Below are positions 53,711-64,000 of a DNA stretch of 64,000 nucleotides, piece after piece (the first letter of the stretch is position 1; the number at the start of each line of letters is the position of its first letter). The DNA is taken from positions 868,001 to 932,000 of the forward strand of contig NIVC01000020.1 in NCBI GenBank assembly GCA_002269645.1, read 5' to 3'. Origin of the DNA: Macrostomum lignano. Its lineage: Eukaryota. The notes below the pieces were generated by a model. That model had not been told where the DNA came from. It saw only the letters and a program-made list of their open reading frames with translations, and searched no databases. The position numbers and the translations under genes were made by a program.

Positions 53711-54302
53711 GTACCCGAGTTCCACCCAAGGACAACTCAAGTAACATATATATAGGACGCAACACTCGAAAACTATGGTAAATGTTTTGAAGGCAGTGGC
53801 GATTTCGCCTAAAAAACACTACAGAGATAGGAAATTTCACGATTTTCAACACTAAAAAAGTGATTGGGTCTCTTAACAGTGTCAGAGAAAGTTTTAATCA
53901 CTGTTTTGTGCCTCACATGCTGCTCTAACGACGCATTAATCGATCTTTCATGTTAAATTGGTCTTGTCATTATTTTAAACGTTTTTTCAAGTGACAGACC
54001 AATTACCAATTTAACAGACCATCTCCGTAGTGTATTTTTCCGGTGAAACCTGCCTTTAAAACTATTTCTGAACGAAAAGCTTTATGAATATCGATAGAGC
54101 GATAAGAAAGGCACAACATATCAAAAGATGAACACTGGATCTGCCTCCTATCAAAAGCAATAACAATTTTTGTGCTGAGAAAATTAAAACCTCCGATCTC
54201 TGTAGTGTATTTTTCGGCGAAAAGTGGCCTTCAAAACATTTACCACAGATTTAGAGTGTTGCGTCCTTCTACTTAAGTTGTCCTTGGTTCCACTCTGTGC
54301 AC
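53711..54302. mobile_element. MITE/foldback element with roughly 110-bp imperfect TIRs
   Basis: The reverse complement of 53718-53838 matches 54190-54295 (CTCTGTAGTG...GCCTTCAAAACATTTACCA...GAGTGTTGCGTCCT...AGTTGTCCTTGG). TSD not resolved. Confidence 0.6.
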
Positions 54303-55108
54303 GACCGTACATTAATACTAAGAGCTCGCGCTTGTCATGCGATTCAAGCCCAGCTGAGGGCCCAATTGATTTCCGCACCCCCGCGAGCTAACCAGCTAAA
54401 CCTTTGTTATCTACATTGATTTCCGCAGCCCCCCGCCTCTGCCAGAGCAGGCCACAGTGGCCAATTCAGATGGAAGCAGCAGAATTTCAATGGGGCCAAT
54501 TAATAAAAGTCAACCAGCAGGCTTTGAGTTAGTTTAGAATGAGCAGGCGCAATATTGACAGTTATTAATCGGCTGCTGAGCTGATGAAGGCGGGAGAACA
54601 GGTGAGAACAGGACTGCAGCAATTTTAGCACCGCAAAATACAGGAGAGCTTGGCTGGCTTTTTATTAATAACAAATTTCAAATTGACCAGATTAATCTAG
54701 TGGTGACGCAGTAAAAACGCAACCATGAAATCAAAACAAATGAAATCTACTGTTGTCTGTTCGGCATGGATGTTAAATAATAAAAATTTATTGCTCTGAC
54801 AAATACTGAGGCATATTGCACTCCATTACCTATTGATATTGCAGACACAGAGCAGAGCTACTCGAGCACCATAGCAGGGTGAATTGCAACTCTGATTTAT
54901 TTGACACAATTTAGAAACATCCACTAGGATGCTCATTTAAAAAAGTGCTCAAAATCCTTAATCATTCATCATCAAAAATACTGTTTTTGTGATTGAGAAA
55001 ATCAAAAAACTTTAAAGAATAAAACAAAGGAAACTAGAAATAAACATATGAGAGGCGATCCGCCAGCTGGGAGGGGGACAGTAGCAGTTTGGGGACAGGC
55101 TAAGCCGC

Positions 55109-55285
55109 TCACTGAGAGTGCACCACTCGCTGCAGGAGGCCCAGCGGGCTGAGCACGGGCTCCCGCTTCCGCCTGATCAGGTACAGCGGAGTGAAGCCGG
55201 TGGCCAGCAGCAGCAGGCACAGCCCGATGAACACCAGTGCCAGGGCAGTCAGCACCTGCCAGCGCTCCCGGAGCCGGACCTTCAT
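55109..55285 (-). CDS. Candidate 58-aa single-pass membrane microprotein (or first exon of a spliced gene)
   Basis: MKVRLRERWQVLTALALVFIGLCLLLLATGFTPLYLIRRKREPVLSPLGLLQRVVHSQ*; GC3-rich; acceptor taatcag 2 nt before ATG; possible donor CA|gtgagc at 55112; minus-strand AATAAA at 54661-54666. Below the ORF-track cutoff. Confidence 0.5.
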   Translation of the reverse strand: MKVRLRERWQVLTALALVFIGLCLLLLATGFTPLYLIRRKREPVLSPLGLLQRVVHSQ

Positions 55286-55384
55286 CACTGATTAGGCGGC
55301 CGCTAAGGCTGGGGGCAGAAAGACGAGGCTACGATTGAAGCACTTGTAAGATACTAGCTGAGCCCCTTGCTGGAATAACTGGGA

Positions 55385-55862
55385 CTGTGGGAGCTGGCTG
55401 CTCAGCCTGAGGAGCTGGGAGGCTGGCTGCTCAGCCTGAGGATCTGGGAGGCTGGCTGCTCAGCCTGAGGAGCTGGGAGGCTGGCTGCTCAGCCTGAGGA
55501 TCTGGGAGGCTGGCTGCTCAGCCTGAGGATCTGGGAGGCTGGCTGCTCAGCCTGAGGATCTGGGAGGCTGGCTGCTCAGCCTGAGGATCTGGGAGGCTGG
55601 CTGCTCAGCCTGAGGATCTGGGAGGCTGGCTGCTCAGCCTGAGGATCTGGGAGGCTGGCTGCTCAGCCTGAGGATCTGGGAGGCTGGCTGCTCAGCCTGA
55701 GGATCTGGGAGGCTGGCTGCTCAGCCTGAGGATCTGGGATGCTGGCTGCTCAGCCTGAGGATCTGGGATGCTGGCTGCTCAGCCTGAGGATCTGGGAGGC
55801 TGGCTGCTCAGTCTGAGGATCTGGGAGGCTGGCTGCTCAGCCAGAGGATCTGGGAGGCTGGC
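55385..55862. repeat. 29-bp minisatellite
   Basis: Unit GAGGATCTGGGAGGCTGGCTGCTCAGCCT. Confidence 0.95.
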
Positions 55863-56419
55863 AGCTGCACCAAGTTCTATCTCTAGGCAGAAAGTAAAAG
55901 CCTAGTAAAAAAATAAAAAGGCAAGACACAAGGGTGTTTACAAAGGCCACACGAGCCATGCGGTGCCAAAGAGCTGCAAATCCTCGCGCTCCGCATTTCG
56001 CCAATAAAATAATTATTGAATATAATTATTGTAAACTGCAAAAGCAAAAACAGAAACAAATCATGATTTTTTTCTCCTGCTTTTAATATACTGCTTTGCG
56101 CAAATAAAACATTGAAAACGGCTGTCTTAAAAAGCACAGATAGCATTGGATCTTGCAGAGAGGAGAGAACATTAGTGTTTGTGGCCTGTGCGCACCGCGT
56201 GAATCAGTATTAGCGCTGCAGTGCACAGTCAAGGATTACAGAGCAGGGTTGGGTTGGCCGAGCAGGGGGGAAAACAGGCCTAATCTAAGTGGAATGCAGA
56301 GCTCCCAGCCAAGTGAGAGTAACTGACAAAAAGGATCAGAAGAGAGGAGAAATGGGATCTTCTTGAGATCAGAGAATTGGAGTTGGGATCAGAGAAAAGA
56401 TAGGATCTGAAGAGGTAGC

Positions 56420-57590
56420 AATGGGTTCAGAGAAGGTAGAGATGGGGTCAGAGAAGGTAGAGATGCGATCAGAGAAGATAGAGATGGGGTCAGAGAAGAT
56501 AGAGATGGGGTTAGAGAAGATAGAGATGGGGTCAGAGAAGATAGAGATGGGGTCAGAGAAGATAGAGATGGGGTCAGAGAAGATAGAGATGGGATCAGAG
56601 AAGGTAGAGATGGGGTTAGAGAAGATAGAGATGGGGTCAGAGAAGATAGAGATGGGGTCAGAGAAGATAGAGATGGGGTCAGAGAAGATAGAGATGGGGT
56701 CAGAGAAGATAGAGATGGGATCAGAGAAGGTAGAGATGGGGTCAGAGAAGGTAGAGATGCGATCAGAGAAGATAGAGATGGGATCAGAGAAGGTAGAGAT
56801 GGGATCAGAGAAGGTAGAGATGGGATCAGAGAAGGTAGAGATGGAATCAGAGAAGATAAAGATGGGATCAGAGAAGGTAGAGATGCGATCAGAGAAGATA
56901 GAGATGGGGTCAGAGAAGATAGAGATGGGGTCAGAGAAGATAGAGATGGGATCAGAGAAGGTAGAGATGGGATCAGAGAAGATAGAGATGGGATCAGAGA
57001 AGATAGAGATGGGTCAGAGAAGATAGAGATGGGGTCAGAGAAGATAGAGATGGGTCAGAGAAGATAGAGATGGGATCAGAGAAGATAGAGATGGGTCAGA
57101 GAAGATAGAGATGGGATCAGAGAAGGTAGAGATGGGGTCAGAGAAGGTAGAGATGGGATCAGAGAAGGTAGAGATGGGATCAGAGAAGGTAGAGATGGGG
57201 TCAGAGAAGGTAGAGATGGGATCAGAGAAGGTAGAGATGGGATCAGAGAAGGTAGAGATGGGATCAGAGAAGGTAGAGATGGGGTCAGAGAAGGTAGAGA
57301 TGGGATCAGAGAAGGTAGAGATGGGATCAGAGAAGGTAGAGATGGGGTCAGAGAAGGTAGAGATGGGATCAGAGAAGGTAGAGATGGGATCAGAGAAGGT
57401 AGAGATGGGATCAGAGAAGGTAGAGATGGGGTCAGAGAAGATAGAGATGGGTCAGGGAAGATAGAGATGGGTCAGAGAAGGTAGAGATGGGATCAGAGAA
57501 GATAGAGATGGGTCAGGGAAGATAGAGATGGGTCAGAGAAGGTAGAGATGGGATCAGAGAAGATAGAGATGGGGTCAGAGAAGGCAGGAT
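56420..57590. repeat. 21-bp purine-rich minisatellite
   Basis: Unit TCAGAGAAGGTAGAGATGGGA. Confidence 0.95.
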
Positions 57591-58295
57591 AGAGAATAGA
57601 CATGCAAGCAGAAAGTGCAGGCAGTGGGGAAAGAAGCGCAGGCTTGGTCCATGGCAGTGATGGAGGGCGCTGGGGTGTGAGCAAAGCCGATACAGAGCCG
57701 CAGGAATGAAGCGGGCCCACGCAGAAGCGGATGCGGAGTGTCAGAGCAGTATATACGAGCTACGTGTGTAACATTAGTGGCACAAAAAGACAAGCAGCAT
57801 AGCAACGCAAAAAGGAGAATTTTTCGGTCCAGCGGCGCTGCGAGAAGCACCGCTTGCCGCTTGTTAAAAATAGTAGTCACGCAAGATGATAAATTGTTAA
57901 CCTTTCGCAACTCCGATCGCAGTCGAATATTAAATTCTGTTTTCAGCAAGCGAATAAACATACTAGACTACTCACTAGTAGTTCAACTGTACTATTGTAT
58001 ATTGTTAAAAAAAATTTTTACCCCAGAAATTCACCGAAAATCAGTGAGAAAACTCCGAAAGGTCAGTTATCACATTTTTGGTACAACACTATTAGGGCGG
58101 GACAATACGAAAGTTCATAGTGCGTCACAACAAACAAAAACCACCCTGCCGTCTCCGTTTCATTCATCATCACCATGGCCAGGTGTTAAGTACAGACAAG
58201 GGCGCACTAACTAACCAATGATCCACTCAAGCAGGGGAAGCGCGCAGCCGGCGCACACACTGAGTTGGAGCCGGGGATCGCCGTTCATTCGGGGG

Positions 58296-58553
58296 TCATC
58301 TGTTCGACACGACGCCGTCTTTCAACGACGCCATCTTCTTGGCGTGCATCTCGGAGGCGGCCGGCGGGATGGCGCCACCGCCGCCGCTGCCGCCAGCTTG
58401 GCCGGACGAGCCGGGCAGGGCAGACAGGTACTGCTTGTTGCGGTGGTAATTCAGCACGGATACTGGCGTCTTGCCAGCCATGATGAGCACCACGAATACA
58501 AAAAGGATGGAAGCGACTAGGATAGCGGCTAGCTTGGCGTTGCTGGCGTGCAT
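58296..58553 (-). CDS. Candidate 85-aa single-pass membrane microprotein
   Basis: MHASNAKLAAILVASILFVFVVLIMAGKTPVSVLNY...GGSGGGG...; GC3-rich; acceptor cgcccag 5 nt before ATG; N-terminal signal anchor. Confidence 0.5.
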   Translation of the reverse strand: MHASNAKLAAILVASILFVFVVLIMAGKTPVSVLNYHRNKQYLSALPGSSGQAGGSGGGGAIPPAASEMHAKKMASLKDGVVSNR

Positions 58554-58619
58554 TCCGGCTGGGCGGCTGAGGGAGGGCCGGCGCTGCTTTGTAAAATATT
58601 GGGTTATGGAGTACTGGAG

Positions 58620-58742
58620 CTGTCTGCCTTTCTGTGTCTGTCTAGCTGTCTGCCTGTCTTAGTGTTTGTCTGTCTGTCTGTCAAGCTGTCTGCCTGTCTT
58701 AGTGTTTGTCTGTCTGTCTGTCAAGCTGTCTGCTTGTCTTAG

Positions 58743-58785
<43 letters not shown>

Positions 58786-58990
58786 GTCTGTCAAGCTGTC
58801 TGCTTGTCTTAGTGTTTGTCTGTCTGTCTGTCTGTCTGTGTCTATCAAGCTGTCTGCCTGTCTTAGTGTTTGTCTGTCTGCCTTTCTGTGTCTGTCTAGC
58901 TGTCTGCCTGTCTGTCTGTCTGTCTGTCTAGCTGTCTGCCTGTCTTAGTTTTTGTCTGTCTGTCTGTCTGTGTCTGTCCATCTGTCTGTC
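58620..58990. repeat. Interrupted (GTCT)n microsatellite
   Basis: Direct reading. Confidence 0.93.
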
Positions 58991-59639
58991 TTTTTGACTA
59001 AATCAAATCATAGATAGACACCCCAAGAATGGTCACCTAACATGTTGTTTGTTAATCAGAGCATCAGAAAGACTGGCTTAGAGATTCAACTCAGTGCAGC
59101 ATTCATAGAGCTAAAGCAATAAGTTGCACGTGACAGTATAGCACTAAATTCAATTGACTTGCTATGTGACAATGCCATGTGGATTCCCCTATAATTTTTA
59201 AGTTAATCTTGTGTTTTTAGTAGGAACTGGTAAATATTTCAAACTTTTTGAATTTTTGTACATTTTTGATGCGTCAAGGCATTTCTTTGTTGATCAGCAA
59301 AAACCTTCTGTTCAAGAGCTGGAATCCTTGGTGCTAGCACTAGCGACCAGGTGCAGGCGCTCTGTGATGATTTAACATGCTCCAGTTTCAATTTCACTAA
59401 TTGTGATTAGCAAATTTATTTCTTTTCGACTTTTTCTTTTCTAGCAGGTTCAGGTTTCAGGTTCTTTGCTTGTTTGTTTTGCCTTACTATACCAGTTAGT
59501 TTTGCCTGAATTTCATAAGTTTTTCTTATTTCATTTATTTCTCAATTTATCTCTACTCAACCATCTTAAAATGGCATTTTTATTTTTTTAAGTTATCCAA
59601 AAGATTGAAAACTTTTGGTATATTGCTTATTTGCTACCA

Positions 59640-60300
59640 TCTTCTCTAATCTAACTATAAAAATCAAAACTCTGTCTGTGTGTCTGTCTGTCTGTCTGTC
59701 TGTGTGTCTGTGGACAATTTTGATCGCTATGGACTCCCAAACCACTCAACCAACTAACACCAAATTTTACACCCACCCTAAACTCACTACGGAGAATGTC
59801 TTAGGCTATCTTTTAATTTCCTAAATTTGAGTCTTCCTACCTAAAAGTGCAAAAAACTGCTCAAAATTCGCGATTTTTTTACTAAATCCTCCATAGCGCC
59901 GCTCCACTTCTACCGATTTATTTCAAATTTGACACAGGCAATTTTCAACTATTTTGGCACAATCGTGTAAAATTTCGAGTCTCAAAGTTAATCCTGAGCG
60001 GTGCTGTGCACTTTTAAAATTAGGCTGTTTTTTTAGCGTAGCAACCACCCCAACCTCCGCCCGCCTGCCTCTCTTTCGCGATCTGGGCCCAGATGTGTAA
60101 AAGGGGTTTCAAAATTGACTAACTTTCAGCTGCCATAAGTTTGCTCCACGTAAAGCGATTGACTTCAAACTTGACACAATTCTTCATTGACTCATTATCT
60201 ATCTAAATGTAAAGTTTCAACTCTGTAACTCAACCGAAAAAGAAACTGTAGGCATGTGAAGTTTGTCTGCTTTTTCTGTTGTTTGTGGCGCTCAACTCAC
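59640..60300. mobile_element. Possible Helitron/Helentron-associated non-autonomous element (DINE/HINE-like)
   Basis: CTAATCTAACTATAAAA followed by (GTCT)n, then repeated CCGATTT..CAAATTTGACAC/AAATTTC motifs. Termini not resolved. Confidence 0.3.
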
Positions 60301-60857
60301 TCATTCCCGCAGTCCAGACGAAGGGTCAGGCGATAGGGCTCAATGTACATAGCGAATGTACAGTGTTTTGGAATAGCTTTATTTATAACCTTCTCTGCAC
60401 CCCGAGAGTGGAGAGGCTACGTTTAGCCATAACAGTTTAGTGAGAAATTCTAACCACTGCCCTCCCCTCTGTATTGGCAAACTCTGCAGCAGTTTAACAG
60501 TGGATGGCAAACAGGCAAATCAAGGCGATGCGGGATGGTTTGTAAAAATAGCGAAAAATTAATGAATAACTTATTACAATGCAATCCTACTAAATTAGTT
60601 ACACCATGAAGCTTTTAGCATTAAGTTTCGCATAGAGTAACTTTAAAATTTAAATGACTCCTAAGAAATGCGCATTTCCTTGGTTGTTAGACTGCTGCAG
60701 AGTGCAGACTGTGGTGGTGGAGCTGTTGAGAGATACACAAATTTGAGAGATACACAAATTCCTCTCAGGGCTGCTAATTGGCCAGAAAGGTGACGTGATT
60801 AAAGCATAAGAAATGATAACCATGATAGTACTACGTCCCACAAACTGGCTTTCAAAG

Positions 60858-62410
60858 CAGGGATCGGTAGATTTTTAACTCAAAGGCCAGATAAAGAATC
60901 CAACTCATGGCTGCGGGCCAGATGAGAGTGAAAAAGAAAAGGAATAGACTATTAGAAAGAGAGGAAGGGCGAGAGGGGGTAAGAGAAAAGATATAAGATA
61001 ACAGGAAAGACGAGTGGGGTGAGGACGAGGAGAGAGCAGAGAATATGGGAGGAGGAAGCGAGAGGAGGGGAGACAGGAGGGAGAGGAAAGAGTAGAGGTG
61101 AGAAGAGGAAGAGACAAGAGGGGAGAGATGAGACAGAGGATCGATGAGAGAGGAGAGTAGAGAAGAGTGAGAAGAGAATAGAGAATAGAGAACAGAGAGG
61201 AGATAGGAGGGGAGAGAGAGGGAGAGAGGAGTGAGAAGAGAGGAGATAAGAGATGAGAGAGAGAGAGAGTTGAGAAAGAAGAGAGGAGAAAGGAGAGATG
61301 ATAGAGTAAAGGGAAGAAGAGGAGAGAGGAAAGAGATGAGATTGTGGAGACGAGAGAGTAGAGATGAGAGATGAAGGAAGAGAGAGCAGAGTGCAAAGAG
61401 ACAATAGAAGAGTATAGAAGAGGGAAGAGAAGAGGAGTAAGAAGAGAGGATTCAGTAGAGGGGAAAGAGAAGAGTACACAGGAGAGTGGAGAGTAAAGAT
61501 GACAGAAGAGAGAGGGGGTAGAGAGCAAAGATGAGAGTGAACGCGATATATGAGAGGAGAGAGGAGAGCGAAGAGAAAAGAGAGAAGACAAGAGAGGGAG
61601 AGAATAGAAGAGGGAAGAGAAGAGAAGGGAAAAAGGAGAAAGGAAAGAGAGGAGTCAAAAGAGGGGAAAAAGAAGAGTACAGATGAGAGAGGTGAGAAAA
61701 CATACGAGTATAAGAGAGTAAAGATGGCAGATGAGAGAGGGGAGATGAGAGACCAGAGACGAGAGTGAACAGACGAGAGATGGGAGAGTGGAGAGAAAAA
61801 AGGATAGAAATAAGAGATGAGAGGGAAGACAAAGGGAGAGAGAAGTGAGTGAGGAGAGAGGAGGGGAGGGGAGAGAAACGAGAGGACAGGGGAAAGAGGA
61901 GAAAGGACGAGAGAGGAGATGAAACAGGGGAGAGATTAGAGGAGAAAGAGATATGGGACAGGAGAGAGCAGAGAGATAAGAGGAGAGAGAGAGGGAGAGA
62001 GAGGAGAGAGAGAGGGAGAGAGAGGAGAGAGAGAGGGAAAGAGAGAGGAGAGAACATGCAGAAAGAATGAGAAAAGAGAAGAGAGAAAAGATAAAAGAGG
62101 AGAAAGAAGAGATAGATAAGAGAGCAAAGACGAGAGAGAAGAGAGGTGAGGGAAGAGACGATAGAAGAGAGGAGAGAGGAGAGAGGAAAGAAGAGATGAG
62201 ATGAGAGGAGAGAGAGGAGAGAGTAGAGAGGAGGGAGGAGAGGAGGGATAAAAGAATAGAAGGGAGAGAGAATAGACGAGAGAATAGGGGATAGAGGAGA
62301 GAGAGAGAAGAGACAGAGACGAGAGAGAGGAGAGGAAACAGAAGAGAAGGTCGAAGTTTCGAAGGATCCAAGGGACATAAGGAGAGGCAAAGGCCAGAGT
62401 TTGCCTGTTC
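60858..62410. mobile_element. Possible hAT-MITE remnant enclosing a 1.4-kb GA-rich tract
   Basis: 5' end CAGGGATCGGTAGATTTTT..AAAGGCCAGAT..GCGGGCCAGAT and 3' GGCCAGAGTTTGCC resemble Charlie/MER5-type ends; the 3' TIR is incomplete. Confidence 0.3.
60925..62345. repeat. 1.4-kb aperiodic GA-rich polypurine tract
   Basis: Plus strand is predominantly G/A; the Ser/Leu-rich ORFs on the minus strand are artefacts. Confidence 0.93.
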
Positions 62411-64000
62411 GGAGCACCCCAGCCAACAATATAAATGTTTGCCTCAAATCCTAATTTTTTACGAATGTACTCTATTTTATGTTTAATTCTAACCTAACTA
62501 TTAACGAGTTTTTGTTTGAGTTTGACCTCAGATTTTAGAATACGAGTACATGCAAAAATAGTTCCAGGGATTGAAATTCCCCGGGTTCAAAATCCGCGGG
62601 TTTCAACAGCTTGTTTGATTCATAAACACAATATTTATTTTTTACTCTGTCCTCAGTGTCATTATGTTATTGATACATTTATGCATATTGGTGTTAGAAC
62701 TCTATTCTCATTGGCTATTGTCAAAATGTTACCATTGTCATTTTCTAATGCTTACTTTGGTTTCTATTTGTTGTTTGTATCAGTGAAACATTTTAAGGGG
62801 GATATTGCGACATTCTGTTTTAAAATATTTGTCCTTCTTTCTATATGCACATTGTTAGCAACTCTTCTTTACTATCAATTATTAATTGGTTAGCATCCCC
62901 ACCTTGTCAGCCATCCTTGGGCTTTTGCATATTGAACCCCATTTGATTTTTCTATCTATTCTTTATCTTATCTACTCTAGCCACCTCCAAAAAAATATAT
63001 GCTGCACAAAGGGATGGCTTTCAAGCCTGGTCCTCTCTTTTTCTACTTTAATTATCTTCAAATCAAGCTGCAAATTGTTGAATAGTATTATTTTTTCTAT
63101 AATCTAATATACTAAAATAATAAACTAAACAATAAAATAGACAGCCATAACCTATCACAATACAATTAGGCAACAAGAAAAAAAAGACTCTAAAAGACTA
63201 TAATACCTAGGTTTATTGGCATATGTAGTAAAATCAATCATCCATATACAAATGTGATAATTTTTCTTTAGCAAAAAACTTGCAATAGAATCACTGATTA
63301 GCAAGAGTTCATGAAGATAACACCAATATCTAATCCACTGCAACTATGGCATATAGTGCACTTGGACTATTTTTATAGCTTGGACATATGCCATTTGGTA
63401 TATTCTAGGGTCTAGTCCTCTAATATCAATGGGTTATTGAAACTTAATGAACTGAAACATTTATAAAAAAGGATATCTCAAATGTCTACCATATACTAAA
63501 AACTTAATGTTGGATTGGCTTAATTGGCTTTATTTCTTGACTATAAAAAATTTCAACTCAAAAAATGCTACAAACTCCTTGGCCATAGTTAGGATTCAAA
63601 CAAGGGGATTATAATGTGAGCATCCTATGTACAAGTGCTTGTAAATTGATGTTGTTTGTTACTAATTATTAATTGATATTTTGTTTCATTTTTTGGCTAT
63701 TTTTCTTAAAGTATACAAAGTTAATTTAGATTAATTATTATTTATTAGAATTATAAAATAGGTCAAAAAAGCTAGATGCAATTCTAGAACCAGTTTGGTG
63801 ACCCTTTTTTATAATCAATATAATGCATCATTAAGTATGACATACTCACATTTCATAGGCTAGTATTGCAACCCTCAAAAATGGTCATACAACCTAGGTT
63901 TATTTTTTTGTGCGCAATGTGTAGATGTACCCTAAATTTTAAAACTGCACCCTGAAATTAAAAAATAGGTGCAGTTTAGGTGCAGTCTCACAACATATTT

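Noticed and set aside
54184-54378. ORF with LLVLMYGRAQSGT resembling a sulfotransferase PAPS loop
   Set aside because: Mostly overlaps the TIR of the 53.7-54.3 kb element, has non-genic codon usage, and its splice phases do not join to the upstream TM exon.

Overview
Eukaryotic (metazoan) genomic DNA with GC3-rich exons, GT-AG introns and a different minisatellite in almost every larger intron. This architecture resembles a free-living flatworm such as Macrostomum (inference, not verified). I reconstructed the gene models by hand and checked exon phases. Plus strand: the 3' part of a receptor tyrosine phosphatase (FN3-TM-D1 active-D2 dead, PTP99A/PTPRG-like) and a calcyphosin-like gene with a duplicated last exon. 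Minus strand, nine co-oriented genes from 58.5 kb to 17.3 kb: two small single-TM ORFs, UBE2N/Ubc13, DNAJC19/TIM14, a compact plakin, a single-domain FAIM-like gene, a clan-2 cytochrome P450 with a 1-nt frameshift, an orphan secreted Cys-rich protein and VGAT/SLC32A1. Each ATG has a splice-acceptor-like AG 1-22 nt upstream, suggesting trans-splicing or an operon. Non-genic highlights: a 50-bp hairpin whose loop is a hammerhead-ribozyme core, flanked by a 13-bp direct repeat; a 33-bp TIR-only element with a 9-bp TSD; a solo LTR inside a minisatellite; a 14-copy splice-donor array; and an intron minisatellite copied from its neighbouring exon. No CRISPR array, rRNA or tRNA is supported. Most long ORFs in the supplied track are repeat translations or antisense shadows.
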